Source of the DNA: a virus
Direction: 5' to 3' (one strand)
Virus record (IMG/VR): IMGVR_UViG_3300027280_000002
Location: 1 to 64,000 of that record
DNA length: 64,000 nt
Part shown: one piece after another, positions 1-9,796 of the stretch
How positions within the stretch are numbered: the first letter of the stretch is position 1
Layout: each line of letters opens with the position of its first letter
Made by a program: the position numbers and the translations under genes
Notes under the pieces: model-generated
The model's database searches: none
What the model was told of the DNA's origin: nothing
The model's input: only the letters and a program-made list of their open reading frames with translations

Positions 1-2
1 GT

Positions 3-2114
3 CAAACCGAGTGGATAGACGGATCAGCTATACCAGGTGTACCAGCAGGATCAGGTACTATAAACTACCTAGCTAGATGGACGCCTGATGCTAACACTTT
101 AGGTATTGGAGTTACATATGATAATGGAACTAATGTAGGTATTGGGACGATTAACCCTCAGGCTAAACTAGATGTTTATGGTAATTTAAGATTAGGAACT
201 ACCGGCACTTTTACTATTGCACAAAGTCCGTTTTTAACCACAGTTTTTTATGTAGGCGCTGGGAATGGGTCTACAATAACTTTTGGTGCGCCAGCAAGTA
301 ACACGCAAAACGTTTCGGTTCAAGGAGATTTGTACAGTTATCAGGGTAGTATTGGTACACAACAATTCGGATCATTTAATAATAAAATTAGTTATAACGG
401 CAATAACTACTTAAATAGTGGAAACCTCGGCATTGGAACGACTAATCCTCAAGCTAAACTTCACGTAGCAAATGGTACTTTAAGAACTTGGACACCTACT
501 TCTGGAACATCAGCTATATTTGAAAGCACAGTCAGCAATAGGAATTTTGTTACTTTAACAGCAGCTAATGAAGCTGAGCTTTGGTTTGGCGACGCTACAA
601 CACAAGCAAAAGGTAGGATTAGATATGAGATGGCCAATAATAACATGGAGTTTTGGACTAACGCAACTCAAAAAATGGTTATCAATAGCTCAGGTAACGT
701 TGGGATTGGGACAACTAGCCTTACCACTATATCTAGTGCGGTTGCAACTTTAAGTTTAGGAAGTTCTGTTGCATCAACTTCTGGAGGTATAGCCTTCCAA
801 GCAAATGGTGTTGTAAAAGCTTATAATTATGTTGCTAGTAATTATTTAATAAACCAAACAGTATCAGGTATTGGTCAAATATTTTACGGAGCAGGTTCTG
901 AGCAAATGCGAATACACAATACTACAGGCAACGTCGGTATTGGAACAATCAGTCCAAACTCTAAATTACAGGTTGATGGTGAAATTGACGCCAATGGAGG
1001 TGATGGATATAGAATAAATGGAAAACCTTGGGCTGCTGAAAGTTCTAACAATTTACGGTTAGGCGATTGGGATGGTGAAGGTTTTAGCACTAGTATATTT
1101 GATGAAAATGCTATTGAGATTTTTAAAGTAAAAGATCAAGGTGTAATAATTAACTGCGATAGAACCAGTTCGACAAGTTTCGGCTTAGACGCTGGTTTAG
1201 TTGTAGGTGGCAGTAAGTTTTCGACGTGGGGGCCAGGTGTATTAACTTTATTAAATAACGATCCTTTTTCTACGACCTCCGATTCTACAGGCGTAATACA
1301 ATTTGCTATAAAAGACGACGTATCCACTGCAGCAGGTTACACCTCAGCTTCAATACAAGGATCTATATTTCAAGCAGCTGGTAGTGGTATTGGTGGAGGC
1401 GGTATTTTAGATTTTCTAACAGCATCACCAACTACCGGAAGTTCGCCTCAAATCAGAATGCGTATTAACCAATCAGGTCAAGTTGGTATTGGGGTAACTT
1501 CTATTGGGACTGGGTTTGCACTTGATGTAAGTGGAGAAATACATTCTTCTACTTACGTTAGTGCAACAGCTGGACTTGGAGTTGACAACACGAATGGAAC
1601 ACTTGGTAGAGGTATATCTTTATACGGAGGTCCTTTGTTATATCCACAATATGGACTGTTGTTTGCACAAACGGTAGATCTAGGTACTTATGGAGGTGTA
1701 AGCGGAGACTGGGCTACATATATGACAATGAGTGGAACTGCTACTAGAGGTTGGATATGGAAAGCTGGAACTACAAATAGTACTGCAGGTAACGTAGCTA
1801 GTATTAGTGGTGTTGGCCAATTAACTTTAGCCTCAACAGCTACAGCTACAAACTTCATACTATCTTCTGATGAAACGCTAAAAGATAACATAAAAGAAAT
1901 AGACACTAAACATGTAGAGGTTGACTGGAAAAACTTTGAATTAAAATCTGAGCCTGGAATTAAAAGAGCAGGTGTTATAGCTCAAGAGCTAGAAATTAAA
2001 CACCCTGAGTTCGTAAGAACAGCAGACGATGGATTAAAGTCTGTAGCATATATAGATTTATTAATAACTAAAATTGCTGAGTTAGAAGCAAGGTTAGAAA
2101 AAGCTGGACTATAA
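3..2114 (+). CDS. Tail fibre/spike protein with C-terminal intramolecular chaperone (Peptidase S74); 5' end lies outside the window
   Basis: Frame is open from nt 3 (QTEWIDGSAIPG...). Repeated GN(V/L)GIGT motifs. C-terminal SSDETLKDNI...GVIAQELE...PEFV followed by a coiled coil, typical of S74 chaperones. Confidence 0.9.
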   Translation, partial: QTEWIDGSAIPGVPAGSGTINYLARWTPDANTLGIGVTYDNGTNVGIGTINPQAKLDVYGNLRLGTTGTFTIAQSPFLTTVFYVGAGNGSTITFGAPASNTQNVSVQGDLYSYQGSIGTQQFGSFNNKISYNGNNYLNSGNLGIGTTNPQAKLHVANGTLRTWTPTSGTSAIFESTVSNRNFVTLTAANEAELWFGDATTQAKGRIRYEMANNNMEFWTNATQKMVINSSGNVGIGTTSLTTISSAVATLSLGSSVASTSGGIAFQANGVVKAYNYVASNYLINQTVSGIGQIFYGAGSEQMRIHNTTGNVGIGTISPNSKLQVDGEIDANGGDGYRINGKPWAAESSNNLRLGDWDGEGFSTSIFDENAIEIFKVKDQGVIINCDRTSSTSFGLDAGLVVGGSKFSTWGPGVLTLLNNDPFSTTSDSTGVIQFAIKDDVSTAAGYTSASIQGSIFQAAGSGIGGGGILDFLTASPTTGSSPQIRMRINQSGQVGIGVTSIGTGFALDVSGEIHSSTYVSATAGLGVDNTNGTLGRGISLYGGPLLYPQYGLLFAQTVDLGTYGGVSGDWATYMTMSGTATRGWIWKAGTTNSTAGNVASISGVGQLTLASTATATNFILSSDETLKDNIKEIDTKHVEVDWKNFELKSEPGIKRAGVIAQELEIKHPEFVRTADDGLKSVAYIDLLITKIAELEARLEKAGL

Positions 2115-2833
2115 TGGCTGTTCCAGATACTAACACGTTTTCACTACAAGATGTTACAAACGAGCTTGGTTTAGGTAGCGGTGATAGTTTGATAGATTGT
2201 TTTAATGATGCAACTTCTTCAGAATTTGATCCTAATTACAAAGGCGATGGAGATAGGTTGTCTAATTTTAGAAATTATGGTGGCCTTTGGGTTGGTAAAT
2301 TTATACTTATTAACACCATTACTCCAGGTAATTCCACCTCGTGGAGCAACCAAAACACCACTCTTTTACCTTTGTATTATGGTCATGATGTTAGAGTTGT
2401 TTGGAAATATACAAGCGGAAGTTCATACACTGGCGATTTACAGATTGGTGGAAATGTAACTTTAGGTGGAACAACTTTTGATTTAGATACTTATTCTGGC
2501 ACAGCATGGCAGACAACTAGAGTTGATACGGCTGATTACGATACTGCAACTTTTTATGACATATTAACTGGATCGTCTTCAATGAGATGGAATAAAAGAG
2601 CTAATACTGCGCCTCCGTCAGGAGGAACTGGTTTATCACCACCACCATATACAGGAGGAGATAGCACTTTTTATTATGCTGAAACTTCCTCACCAGGTTA
2701 TCCTTCTAAACGTTTCTGGCTTAGGAGCCCTCAAGTATCTATTTCTAATGGGAATGCCCAAATAAATTGGTGGAGAGGTAATTATGGCGCTACTATGGGA
2801 TCTTATTCAATATATTTAGAAATAATGACTTAA
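2114..2833 (+). CDS. Tail-associated protein with MAM-like domain (apparently circularly permuted)
   Basis: Translationally coupled (TAATG). Motifs PSGGTG, YYAETSSP..FWLRSP, YGATMG and GSSYTGDLQI resemble MAM consensus segments. Confidence 0.6.
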   Translation: MAVPDTNTFSLQDVTNELGLGSGDSLIDCFNDATSSEFDPNYKGDGDRLSNFRNYGGLWVGKFILINTITPGNSTSWSNQNTTLLPLYYGHDVRVVWKYTSGSSYTGDLQIGGNVTLGGTTFDLDTYSGTAWQTTRVDTADYDTATFYDILTGSSSMRWNKRANTAPPSGGTGLSPPPYTGGDSTFYYAETSSPGYPSKRFWLRSPQVSISNGNAQINWWRGNYGATMGSYSIYLEIMT

Positions 2834-2851
2834 TAAATTAAAACAAAAATT

Positions 2852-3199
2852 ATGGTTACATACAAATGGAATTGCAAAACAGTAGACGTACACCCTCAAG
2901 AAGAAGGTGAAGCAGATGTAGTGTATAATGTACACTGGATATTAACAGCTAGTTCAACTCAACAAAAACCTGATTCTGGAGGAATGCCTTATACAGCTAG
3001 CAGTATAGGAACACAGATTTTATCTTTAAATAAAAGTAGTACATTTATACCATTTGAAGATCTAACTAACGAAACAGTTGTTGAATGGACCAAAGCTGCT
3101 ATAGGTGAAGAACAAGTGGCTGCTCTTGAACTTAGTTTAGAAAAAGAAATAGCAGCTATTATAACTCCAACTAGTGTTGTTCGTACAATCGGAGAGTAA
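2852..3199 (+). CDS. Conserved small phage protein typically found next to tail fibres
   Basis: Pattern YKW..VD...VVYNVHW...FIPFEDLT..TVVEW; A-rich start context. Confidence 0.6.
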   Translation: MVTYKWNCKTVDVHPQEEGEADVVYNVHWILTASSTQQKPDSGGMPYTASSIGTQILSLNKSSTFIPFEDLTNETVVEWTKAAIGEEQVAALELSLEKEIAAIITPTSVVRTIGE

Positions 3200-6100
3200 T
3201 TAGTTTATTGACTTCTTTAATAACATCAGAAGATTTAATTTGAGTATGACATTCGAACTGTCTTTCTGTACCCTTATGTAAAGGGCACCAGTTCCAATCA
3301 CCTTTATCAAATTTAAATTCAGCTTTGTTCCAACATCCGTTGCACACTGCTGGATTTGTTATTCTGTGACATTTAAATTCATGATCTTCTGAGGTAAAGT
3401 TAGATATCATTATTACTTGTTTTTCAAGGGCCCAAGCTAACCAACTTAGTCCACTAGATAATCCTATAAAGAACTCACTCTGTCTTATACAATCAATTGT
3501 ATACTCAATAGATGTATCTGATATTTTTTCACAATTATCAAAAGGGTTATCTTCTATAGAAGTGTTAATTATTTTGTAACCTTCTTTGTGTAAAAAGTTT
3601 ATTACATCTTGCCAGCCTTCTCTGGTCCAAAACTTACAACCTGATGTAGAATTAGTAGCTATAGTGACATACTCCTGACCTTCTATAACATTATTAAAGT
3701 TAGATTTAATTTTAGGAGTGAGTTCTTTATATTCTAAACCTAATATATTTGTAGCTGTTTGTTGTAATGGAATTGTGTTTGGTAATTGAGGTTCTTTATT
3801 ATTATCATAGAACCAACCTATCTTGTACATAGCGTAGACATCAGCTACGTCTGATCCTGGCTTAACAAACTCTAAACTTGGATACACATCTTCGAATAAA
3901 AAGTTTTTAAATGTACTGACAGTCACCGTACATTTGTGTTTCTGCTGAAACTCTAAAACATAAGGAATCCATGCAATAGAATCACCTAGAGATGAACTAT
4001 CAAAGGAAATATATACTTTCTTTCCTTCTAAGTTTAACTTCTCATCTAATATAAGTAAGTTGTCTTTATATATTACTGTCCGCCAATCAACGTAATAGGA
4101 TCTATCTAATTTTACCCAATTGTTTACACCTATAACATTATCATAAACTAACTCAGCACCATTATACATCTCTATCTTAAACTTACTTTCAGTAGTTCCT
4201 TTTATATCTATGTATGGACCTAATGCAAAGTCACGATATATATTATAGTTTAATACTTTAGAATGTTTAATCTTCTTAGTCTCTAAAACTTTTGTATAGA
4301 AATCAACATGATTTTTAGTAAAGTTTGAAATACCACTATCTTTACTTACACTCTTTACATCATGAGAGTTGTTTAGCATTGTTTCTAGTTGACTTTTTAT
4401 ATTGACACTGTCTATGTCAGTGATATAGGGAGTAAACATATTTTCATATTGAGGTAGATTTCTTGCAAGGATTGGTAAATGCCAGCTAATTGCTTCTCTA
4501 AGTACTAAAGGGTTGCATTCCCAAGTAGAATTAAACATAAACACATCTGCAGCTAACATAAATTTGTCAACATCATCTCTTTCTCCCCAAACAGTTACAT
4601 TGTTAGGTAAGTCTACCATTAATGGGCCCCAATAGTCTTGAAAGTTACCAGCTTGGTTACCTACAAAATGAAATTCTACATTTGGAAGTTCTCTTGCTAG
4701 AGATATTCCCTCTCCTTGATTCTTACCTTTTGTCCATAATCCAACATTTAAAACATGTTGCTTAGTTACATCTAAGTCTAATTCAAATTTAGCATTTAAC
4801 TTAGATTGCCAATCAAATATTTTTGGATCTATGGGATACTCTATTACTTTCTTTAAAGATTTTGAATTGGAAAAAGTAGTTAAATGATAAGGAGTACAGA
4901 AAGCATAACCATCAGGATGATACACCTTTTCTACGTCTGGTTTAAATGATACATTATGACAGGTTTCAACTATCTTATAAGATCTACAGTTACAATACAA
5001 AGAGTCTACTAATTTTTTATCATCTAAACATTCAGACATTTCATCTATATGTACTAGATCTATACGATTGTCCTTTATGATTTTTTGTAAGTCTGATTCT
5101 CCCTCCCCTAAGGTAAAAAAGTTTGAAACAATATCTTTTATTTTATTCTTTTGTACAACATAGTCATTGCTATAATTTTTATGTTCTACTACAAAGATCT
5201 CGTATTCATATTTGAGTGCTTCTATTCTCTTTAAAAGAAATGCAGGCATGCCACCAGTAGAAAGATGGGGTGCTAAAAATAAAATCCTACGTTTAAATTG
5301 ATTCATTGTTGCTTCCATAAACTTTGGACGCTTTTCTCCATGTAATGCTAATAGTTCTTCTTTTTTAGCAGGTAACCTTACCCACTCATCTAAGTATTGA
5401 GTCTCTCCAGTAAAAGGTAAATCATGTGTATCTACAAATTTGCTATAGTTCATGTACATATAAGGTAAACCTTCAGTAATTTCATGATGCCAAAGTAATA
5501 TATTAGCTAAGGTTTCTTCATGATATGGTGCATAGTATTGAGGGTTCTTTAACACTTTGGGGTGATTGCACATCCACTCCCATTCATCTAAGAAATCCAT
5601 ACAAAGATTTGATGCTACGAAATAGCCTGTTTGATGGTAAGATGATCGATTAGATTGATCTATACCAAATAACTCACATGCTGGATGCTCTAAACTTTTA
5701 TGTAACTCTTCTTTTGTTTCTACTCCTCCTCTTCTATTAATAAATAGATAATCATATATACCTTTTACAAAATATGGGTTACTGGATGTATTAGGAAAAT
5801 AGCTAAATATTGAATCTATATAAGGGGTGACTACTGTATCTGAGTCAATGTAGGCAATAGTGTCAGCATAATTATTTAAAGCATGTTTAACAATAGACGG
5901 CCTTTGAATAAGTAACTTGTACACTCTACTATCGTTACGATCTATGTAGTCAGTTTGTTTAATAGTGGATCCTGTATAGGTCCATTTATGTGTAATTGTA
6001 GCACCTTCTACGTCTCGATTATCATTTAATAGATATACTATAACAGGAAGTTTACTAACTTGATTTATAGACTTAACTGCAGCAGATACAGTATGATAAT

Positions 6101-6644
6101 ATGAACTATTTGCATATAAAACATATGCCTTTTCCATCTTCTCCTTTTTATAAATATAGTATCCGTAGTATTGATTAGAGTATATAGAAACAAGTTTAGG
6201 GTATCGACTTTTCATTACCTCAGGAGTTAAGTCAACTTGGTGATGTGTTTCATAAATGTTACCTTCATGCTCACCTTGTTCCATTTTATAAGGAACAGCT
6301 ACTAAACATTCTTTTCCTAAATCAATTATTTTTTCAATTAGATCCACTGCTTCTTTCTCAGGTATGTGTTCTAAAACATCTCCTAGAATAATAAAGTCAT
6401 AATCTTTTATACTAAAGTTTAATATGTCTTCTACATATACGTTATCATACTTCTCAAGAAGGTCATACTTAGCTATATACGGTTCATATATTTCTACAGC
6501 ATCTATGTGATAGCCAGATTCACGAAGTAAGTTTGAGTAAGTTCCAACTCCAGGACCTACATCAAGTACTCTTTTGTGTGTTGGAATGTTATCTTTTACC
6601 CAGTTAGTAACATCATTCTTAAAAAACTCAAAGCTATATGGCAT
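3171..6644 (-). CDS. Four-domain fusion: class I SAM methyltransferase + GT-A glycosyltransferase + GT4 (GT-B) + Aah/TibC-type heptosyltransferase
   Basis: VLDVGPGVG and ILGDVLEH (MTase); YIDSD (DxD); HLSTGG, NVGLWTKGKNQ and STWECNPLVLREA (GT4); SLGDSIAW, FIGLSSGLSWLAWA and CNGCW..WCP..FEC (BAHT/GT9-like). ATG at 6644 preferred over TTG at 6665. Confidence 0.85.
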   Translation of the reverse strand: MPYSFEFFKNDVTNWVKDNIPTHKRVLDVGPGVGTYSNLLRESGYHIDAVEIYEPYIAKYDLLEKYDNVYVEDILNFSIKDYDFIILGDVLEHIPEKEAVDLIEKIIDLGKECLVAVPYKMEQGEHEGNIYETHHQVDLTPEVMKSRYPKLVSIYSNQYYGYYIYKKEKMEKAYVLYANSSYYHTVSAAVKSINQVSKLPVIVYLLNDNRDVEGATITHKWTYTGSTIKQTDYIDRNDSRVYKLLIQRPSIVKHALNNYADTIAYIDSDTVVTPYIDSIFSYFPNTSSNPYFVKGIYDYLFINRRGGVETKEELHKSLEHPACELFGIDQSNRSSYHQTGYFVASNLCMDFLDEWEWMCNHPKVLKNPQYYAPYHEETLANILLWHHEITEGLPYMYMNYSKFVDTHDLPFTGETQYLDEWVRLPAKKEELLALHGEKRPKFMEATMNQFKRRILFLAPHLSTGGMPAFLLKRIEALKYEYEIFVVEHKNYSNDYVVQKNKIKDIVSNFFTLGEGESDLQKIIKDNRIDLVHIDEMSECLDDKKLVDSLYCNCRSYKIVETCHNVSFKPDVEKVYHPDGYAFCTPYHLTTFSNSKSLKKVIEYPIDPKIFDWQSKLNAKFELDLDVTKQHVLNVGLWTKGKNQGEGISLARELPNVEFHFVGNQAGNFQDYWGPLMVDLPNNVTVWGERDDVDKFMLAADVFMFNSTWECNPLVLREAISWHLPILARNLPQYENMFTPYITDIDSVNIKSQLETMLNNSHDVKSVSKDSGISNFTKNHVDFYTKVLETKKIKHSKVLNYNIYRDFALGPYIDIKGTTESKFKIEMYNGAELVYDNVIGVNNWVKLDRSYYVDWRTVIYKDNLLILDEKLNLEGKKVYISFDSSSLGDSIAWIPYVLEFQQKHKCTVTVSTFKNFLFEDVYPSLEFVKPGSDVADVYAMYKIGWFYDNNKEPQLPNTIPLQQTATNILGLEYKELTPKIKSNFNNVIEGQEYVTIATNSTSGCKFWTREGWQDVINFLHKEGYKIINTSIEDNPFDNCEKISDTSIEYTIDCIRQSEFFIGLSSGLSWLAWALEKQVIMISNFTSEDHEFKCHRITNPAVCNGCWNKAEFKFDKGDWNWCPLHKGTERQFECHTQIKSSDVIKEVNKLITLRLYEQH

Positions 6645-6662
6645 ACTATTTGATTTTAATAA

Positions 6663-6670
6663 CAAATATA
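6663..6670 (-). promoter_or_regulatory. Bacteroidota-type -7 promoter element (TATATTTG) for the large glycosyltransferase
   Basis: Matches TAnnTTTG about 20 nt upstream of the ATG at 6644. Confidence 0.65.
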
Positions 6671-6746
6671 TAAAAATAAATTTTACTTTATGCTATATTA
6701 TGCATGATGTTTCTGTCATATATTTTCCTATGTTAGAAAGAGTTCT

Positions 6747-6754
6747 TATATTTG
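6747..6754 (+). promoter_or_regulatory. Bacteroidota-type -7 promoter element (TATATTTG) for the lysis cassette
   Basis: TAnnTTTG in the intergenic region, divergent from the element at 6663. Confidence 0.6.
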
Positions 6755-6832
6755 TATATTACACAATGCTACTCTGCATAAACTTCTTATTCTCCTCAGA
6801 AGATTTGTATGTTAACTTAATACAAATAACAA

Positions 6833-7153
6833 ATGTCTATAACAACTTTTCAACAACAAGTTAAAACTGAATTACACAGCATGGATCAAAGATTATCCGA
6901 TCTAGAGGACAAGATGACCTCTATCGACACAAAACTATCTCAAGTTGTGGATGCAATATTAGGAAACTCATTAACCAAAGCTGGTGGGTTTGTTAGTGAC
7001 ATTGAAGAACTTAAAGATAAAATTAAAATATTAGAAGAGCAACTAATCGCTCAAGAAGAGTTTAAAAAGAAATTTTCTTGGACTGTTGGAATAATTACTG
7101 CTGTCGCTTTTATAGCTCAATACGTTATAAACTTCTATTCTAAAATAAAATAA
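6833..7153 (+). CDS. Coiled-coil protein with C-terminal TM helix (holin/antiholin-like)
   Basis: Heptad repeats and TM segment WTVGIITAVAFIAQYVI; first gene of the lysis cluster. Confidence 0.55.
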   Translation: MSITTFQQQVKTELHSMDQRLSDLEDKMTSIDTKLSQVVDAILGNSLTKAGGFVSDIEELKDKIKILEEQLIAQEEFKKKFSWTVGIITAVAFIAQYVINFYSKIK

Positions 7154-7154
7154 C

Positions 7155-7349
7155 ATGAGTACTAAAGAAAAACTAGATAATATCTTAAAAAAATGGATTA
7201 GTAGAAAGCTTACGGTTTTTGTTGTAGCTTCTTCTGCACTGTTCTCAGGTGTATTAACTTCTACTGATTGGGTGATAGTTGCTACGGCATACATATCAAT
7301 TCAAGGGGTTAGTGACATTGTTGAAAGGTTATTTAAATTAAAGAAATAG
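7155..7349 (+). CDS. Holin (two TM segments)
   Basis: 64 aa; SRKL followed by two hydrophobic segments and a basic tail; directly upstream of the amidase. Confidence 0.65.
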   Translation: MSTKEKLDNILKKWISRKLTVFVVASSALFSGVLTSTDWVIVATAYISIQGVSDIVERLFKLKK

Positions 7350-7780
7350 TGCGAAAAATTGATAAAATTATTGTACATTGTTCAGCAACACGTAAAGGTA
7401 AACACTTTGATGTTGAGGAAATTAGAAGATGGCATGTTGAAGGTAGGGGTTGGAAAGACATTGGTTACCACTACTTAATTTATATCGATGGAAGTATACA
7501 CAAGGGTAGAGAATTAAATGTACAAGGTGCTCACGTTCGTGGAGAAAATAAAAACAGTGTTGGAATTTGTTACATTGGAGGTATGGATAAAGAAGGTTTT
7601 CTACCTGAAGACACTAGAACAACAGAACAAGAAGTTTCTCTTGAAATCCTTATTAAGATGCTAATGTGCTCTTATGAGGGAGCAACCTTACATGGACATA
7701 ATGAATTTTCAAACAAAGCATGTCCAAGCTTTGTAGTGGCAGAGGAGTATAAAGATATAATAGAACAATTTAAAAAGTGA
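7349..7780 (+). CDS. Endolysin, N-acetylmuramoyl-L-alanine amidase (T7 lysozyme-like)
   Basis: IIVHCSAT, GWKDIGYHY, GAHVRGEN, GICYIGG, GHNEF..KACPSF; GTG start. Confidence 0.95.
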   Translation: MRKIDKIIVHCSATRKGKHFDVEEIRRWHVEGRGWKDIGYHYLIYIDGSIHKGRELNVQGAHVRGENKNSVGICYIGGMDKEGFLPEDTRTTEQEVSLEILIKMLMCSYEGATLHGHNEFSNKACPSFVVAEEYKDIIEQFKK

Positions 7781-8109
7781 TAGTACTACTTGATATAATA
7801 CGATTTTTTAAAAAGCAATGGTTCAGTGTACTTATTATACTTGTTCTAATTCTTATACAGTATAAGTCTCAAGAAGAATTAATCTCACACAAAGAACAGA
7901 TTAAAGAACTTAGACAAAAGATAGATAAACATAAAACTAAAGGTGTTGAAATACAACTAAAAATTGATAGTCTATCTAATGTAGATCAAGAAGTGATTAC
8001 AAAGATAAAAACCATCAAACAAAAAGAATATGTACAAATTAAAGTGGTTGATAGCTTGCCTGTTAGTAAGCTTCAGCAGTTTTTCACAGATAAGTATCCA
8101 AAAGAATGA
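7777..8109 (+). CDS. Inner-membrane spanin-like protein
   Basis: N-terminal TM helix followed by a coiled coil; follows the endolysin and overlaps the next gene. Confidence 0.6.
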   Translation: MIVLLDIIRFFKKQWFSVLIILVLILIQYKSQEELISHKEQIKELRQKIDKHKTKGVEIQLKIDSLSNVDQEVITKIKTIKQKEYVQIKVVDSLPVSKLQQFFTDKYPKE

Positions 8110-8506
8110 CTCTGTTGTAACATTAAGTGAGGATCAAGCTAGAAGAGTAGTTAAAGATCTTGTACATTATGACTTTTTAAAACAATCTTTTACTGAGTCA
8201 AACAATAGAATAGCTATACTTTTAAAAAAAAGTAGTGAGTTGACTAACTTATTGTATTCAAAAGATGCAATAATATCAACGCAAGAAGATTACATAGCAG
8301 CGCAAGAAGATATAATAAATGCAAAGAAGCCAATAACTCTAGACGGTTATGTGGGTATTCAGACATTTCAAGCATCTTTAATGAATCCTATACTATATAT
8401 TCAAACAACTGTAGATATAGGTAAGTTTACATTAGGGGCAAGAGTATTTGCCCAACCTGAAAATCCAGGAGGTTACGGTTTTGTATTTCAATATAAAATA
8501 TTCTAA
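8030..8506 (+). CDS. Putative outer-membrane spanin-like protein
   Basis: Signal peptide (MYKLKWLIACLLVSFSSFS-Q), coiled coil, and C-terminal amphipathic beta strands ending YKIF. Start is embedded in the upstream gene. Confidence 0.55.
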   Translation: MYKLKWLIACLLVSFSSFSQISIQKNDSVVTLSEDQARRVVKDLVHYDFLKQSFTESNNRIAILLKKSSELTNLLYSKDAIISTQEDYIAAQEDIINAKKPITLDGYVGIQTFQASLMNPILYIQTTVDIGKFTLGARVFAQPENPGGYGFVFQYKIF

Positions 8507-8584
8507 CAAAAAAAGTTAGAACTGTTTTAACCTACTTAATTATTTTAATTTATAACGATACTTAGATAAGTCTGGGAATATTCA

Positions 8585-8592
8585 TATTTTTG
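8585..8592 (+). promoter_or_regulatory. Bacteroidota-type -7 element (TATTTTTG) heading the poly-Thr peptide / glycosyltransferase operon
   Basis: TAnnTTTG about 20 nt upstream of the ATG at 8612. Confidence 0.55.
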
Positions 8593-8611
8593 TATTATAA
8601 AAACATATATC

Positions 8612-8749
8612 ATGGCAATACCACCAAGACAGCAAGGCTGGGGACAAGTAGAAGTTCTTCTTTGGAATATTTCAAAGCAATTAGAGCGATTGATTCAGGT
8701 GACTGGTGCACAAAACACCACCACCACTACAACAACAGCAGCACCGTAA
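8612..8749 (+). CDS. 45-aa peptide with C-terminal poly-Thr tag (not in ORF track)
   Basis: Manual translation: MAIPPRQQGWGQVEVLLWNISKQLERLIQVTGAQNTTTTTTTAAP*. Promoter and A-rich start lie upstream. Confidence 0.8.
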   Translation: MAIPPRQQGWGQVEVLLWNISKQLERLIQVTGAQNTTTTTTTAAP

Positions 8750-8776
8750 TAGTAAACATAAACCAACAACTACATA

Positions 8777-9796
8777 ATGAAAGATTTAAAATTTATCTGT
8801 GCTCAACCAGACGACACTTACTATACATGGCAAGTTCACATGTGGTTAGAGAGCTTAAAAGAAATAGGACAAATACACAATGCAATCGTATTAGTCTATA
8901 CACCACAGAAAAGACTCTTTAATGATAAATGGGATCAGATAACAAAACTGTATCCAGAAGCTGAGTTTAATTTCTATAAAGATGAACAAGGTGATCTATC
9001 TAATCTTATTGGTATTTATATACCTGTACTAAGACCTTGGTTACTTTGGAAATACTGGTCAGACCGTCCAGAAATGTCAGAACATGCTGTATTTTACTGT
9101 GATTCTGATATACTTTGGACAGATAAATTTAATATTGATGAATACATACAAGATGATGTATGTTATCTTTCAGATACTAATAGTTACATAAACGCTCAGT
9201 ATTTTGATAGTAAAGTGCATCAGGTTTTACCTGAAAAGTTAGAAGAGTATAAAGCTAGAGATGTGCTTTCTGAAATAGGAAGTGTAATAGGCATAAGTAG
9301 ACAACTTGCTGAAGATAATAATGAAAACTCAGGAGGTGCTCAGTATCTTCTTAAAAATGTAGATGTTTCTTTTTGGAGTAAGGTTATGAATGATTGTATA
9401 TTAATCAGGACCTACCTTCAAAAAATAAATAGAGAATTCTTTAAAGATGAAAATGCTGGTTATCAAAGTTGGTGTGCAGATATGTGGTCTGTATTATGGA
9501 ATCTTTGGGTAAAAGATCAAGAAACTAAAGTAATACCAGAAATGGGATTTGCTTGGGGCCCAGATCCATTAACTAAATTGGAGACACATCCTATATACCA
9601 CAATGCTGGCATTGTAGCAACAGAACAAGGTGGATATCCTTGTTTTTATAAAGGTAAATATCACTCAGGGACTAATCCTATGACTGATCCTCACTTAGAT
9701 GTTGTGTTAAACAACGAAAAAAGTATGAAGCATTGTACTGGTTACTATGCTAAAAAATTGAATGAATTAAAAATTAAATATAACCTAATTTACTAA
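8777..9796 (+). CDS. GT-A glycosyltransferase resembling plant HPAT / peptidyl-serine galactosyltransferase (GT95/GT96-like)
   Basis: YYTWQ, YIPVLRPW, FYCDSDIL (DxD) and WCADMW occur in the same order as recalled plant motifs YFDWQ, YVVLNRPW, ILDADMI and WISEMY. Confidence 0.65.
   Translation: MKDLKFICAQPDDTYYTWQVHMWLESLKEIGQIHNAIVLVYTPQKRLFNDKWDQITKLYPEAEFNFYKDEQGDLSNLIGIYIPVLRPWLLWKYWSDRPEMSEHAVFYCDSDILWTDKFNIDEYIQDDVCYLSDTNSYINAQYFDSKVHQVLPEKLEEYKARDVLSEIGSVIGISRQLAEDNNENSGGAQYLLKNVDVSFWSKVMNDCILIRTYLQKINREFFKDENAGYQSWCADMWSVLWNLWVKDQETKVIPEMGFAWGPDPLTKLETHPIYHNAGIVATEQGGYPCFYKGKYHSGTNPMTDPHLDVVLNNEKSMKHCTGYYAKKLNELKIKYNLIY

Noticed and set aside
8590-8922. 110-aa ORF from the track (with HHHHYNNSS)
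   Set aside because: It is an off-frame reading across the 8612-8749 peptide and the start of the 8777 gene.
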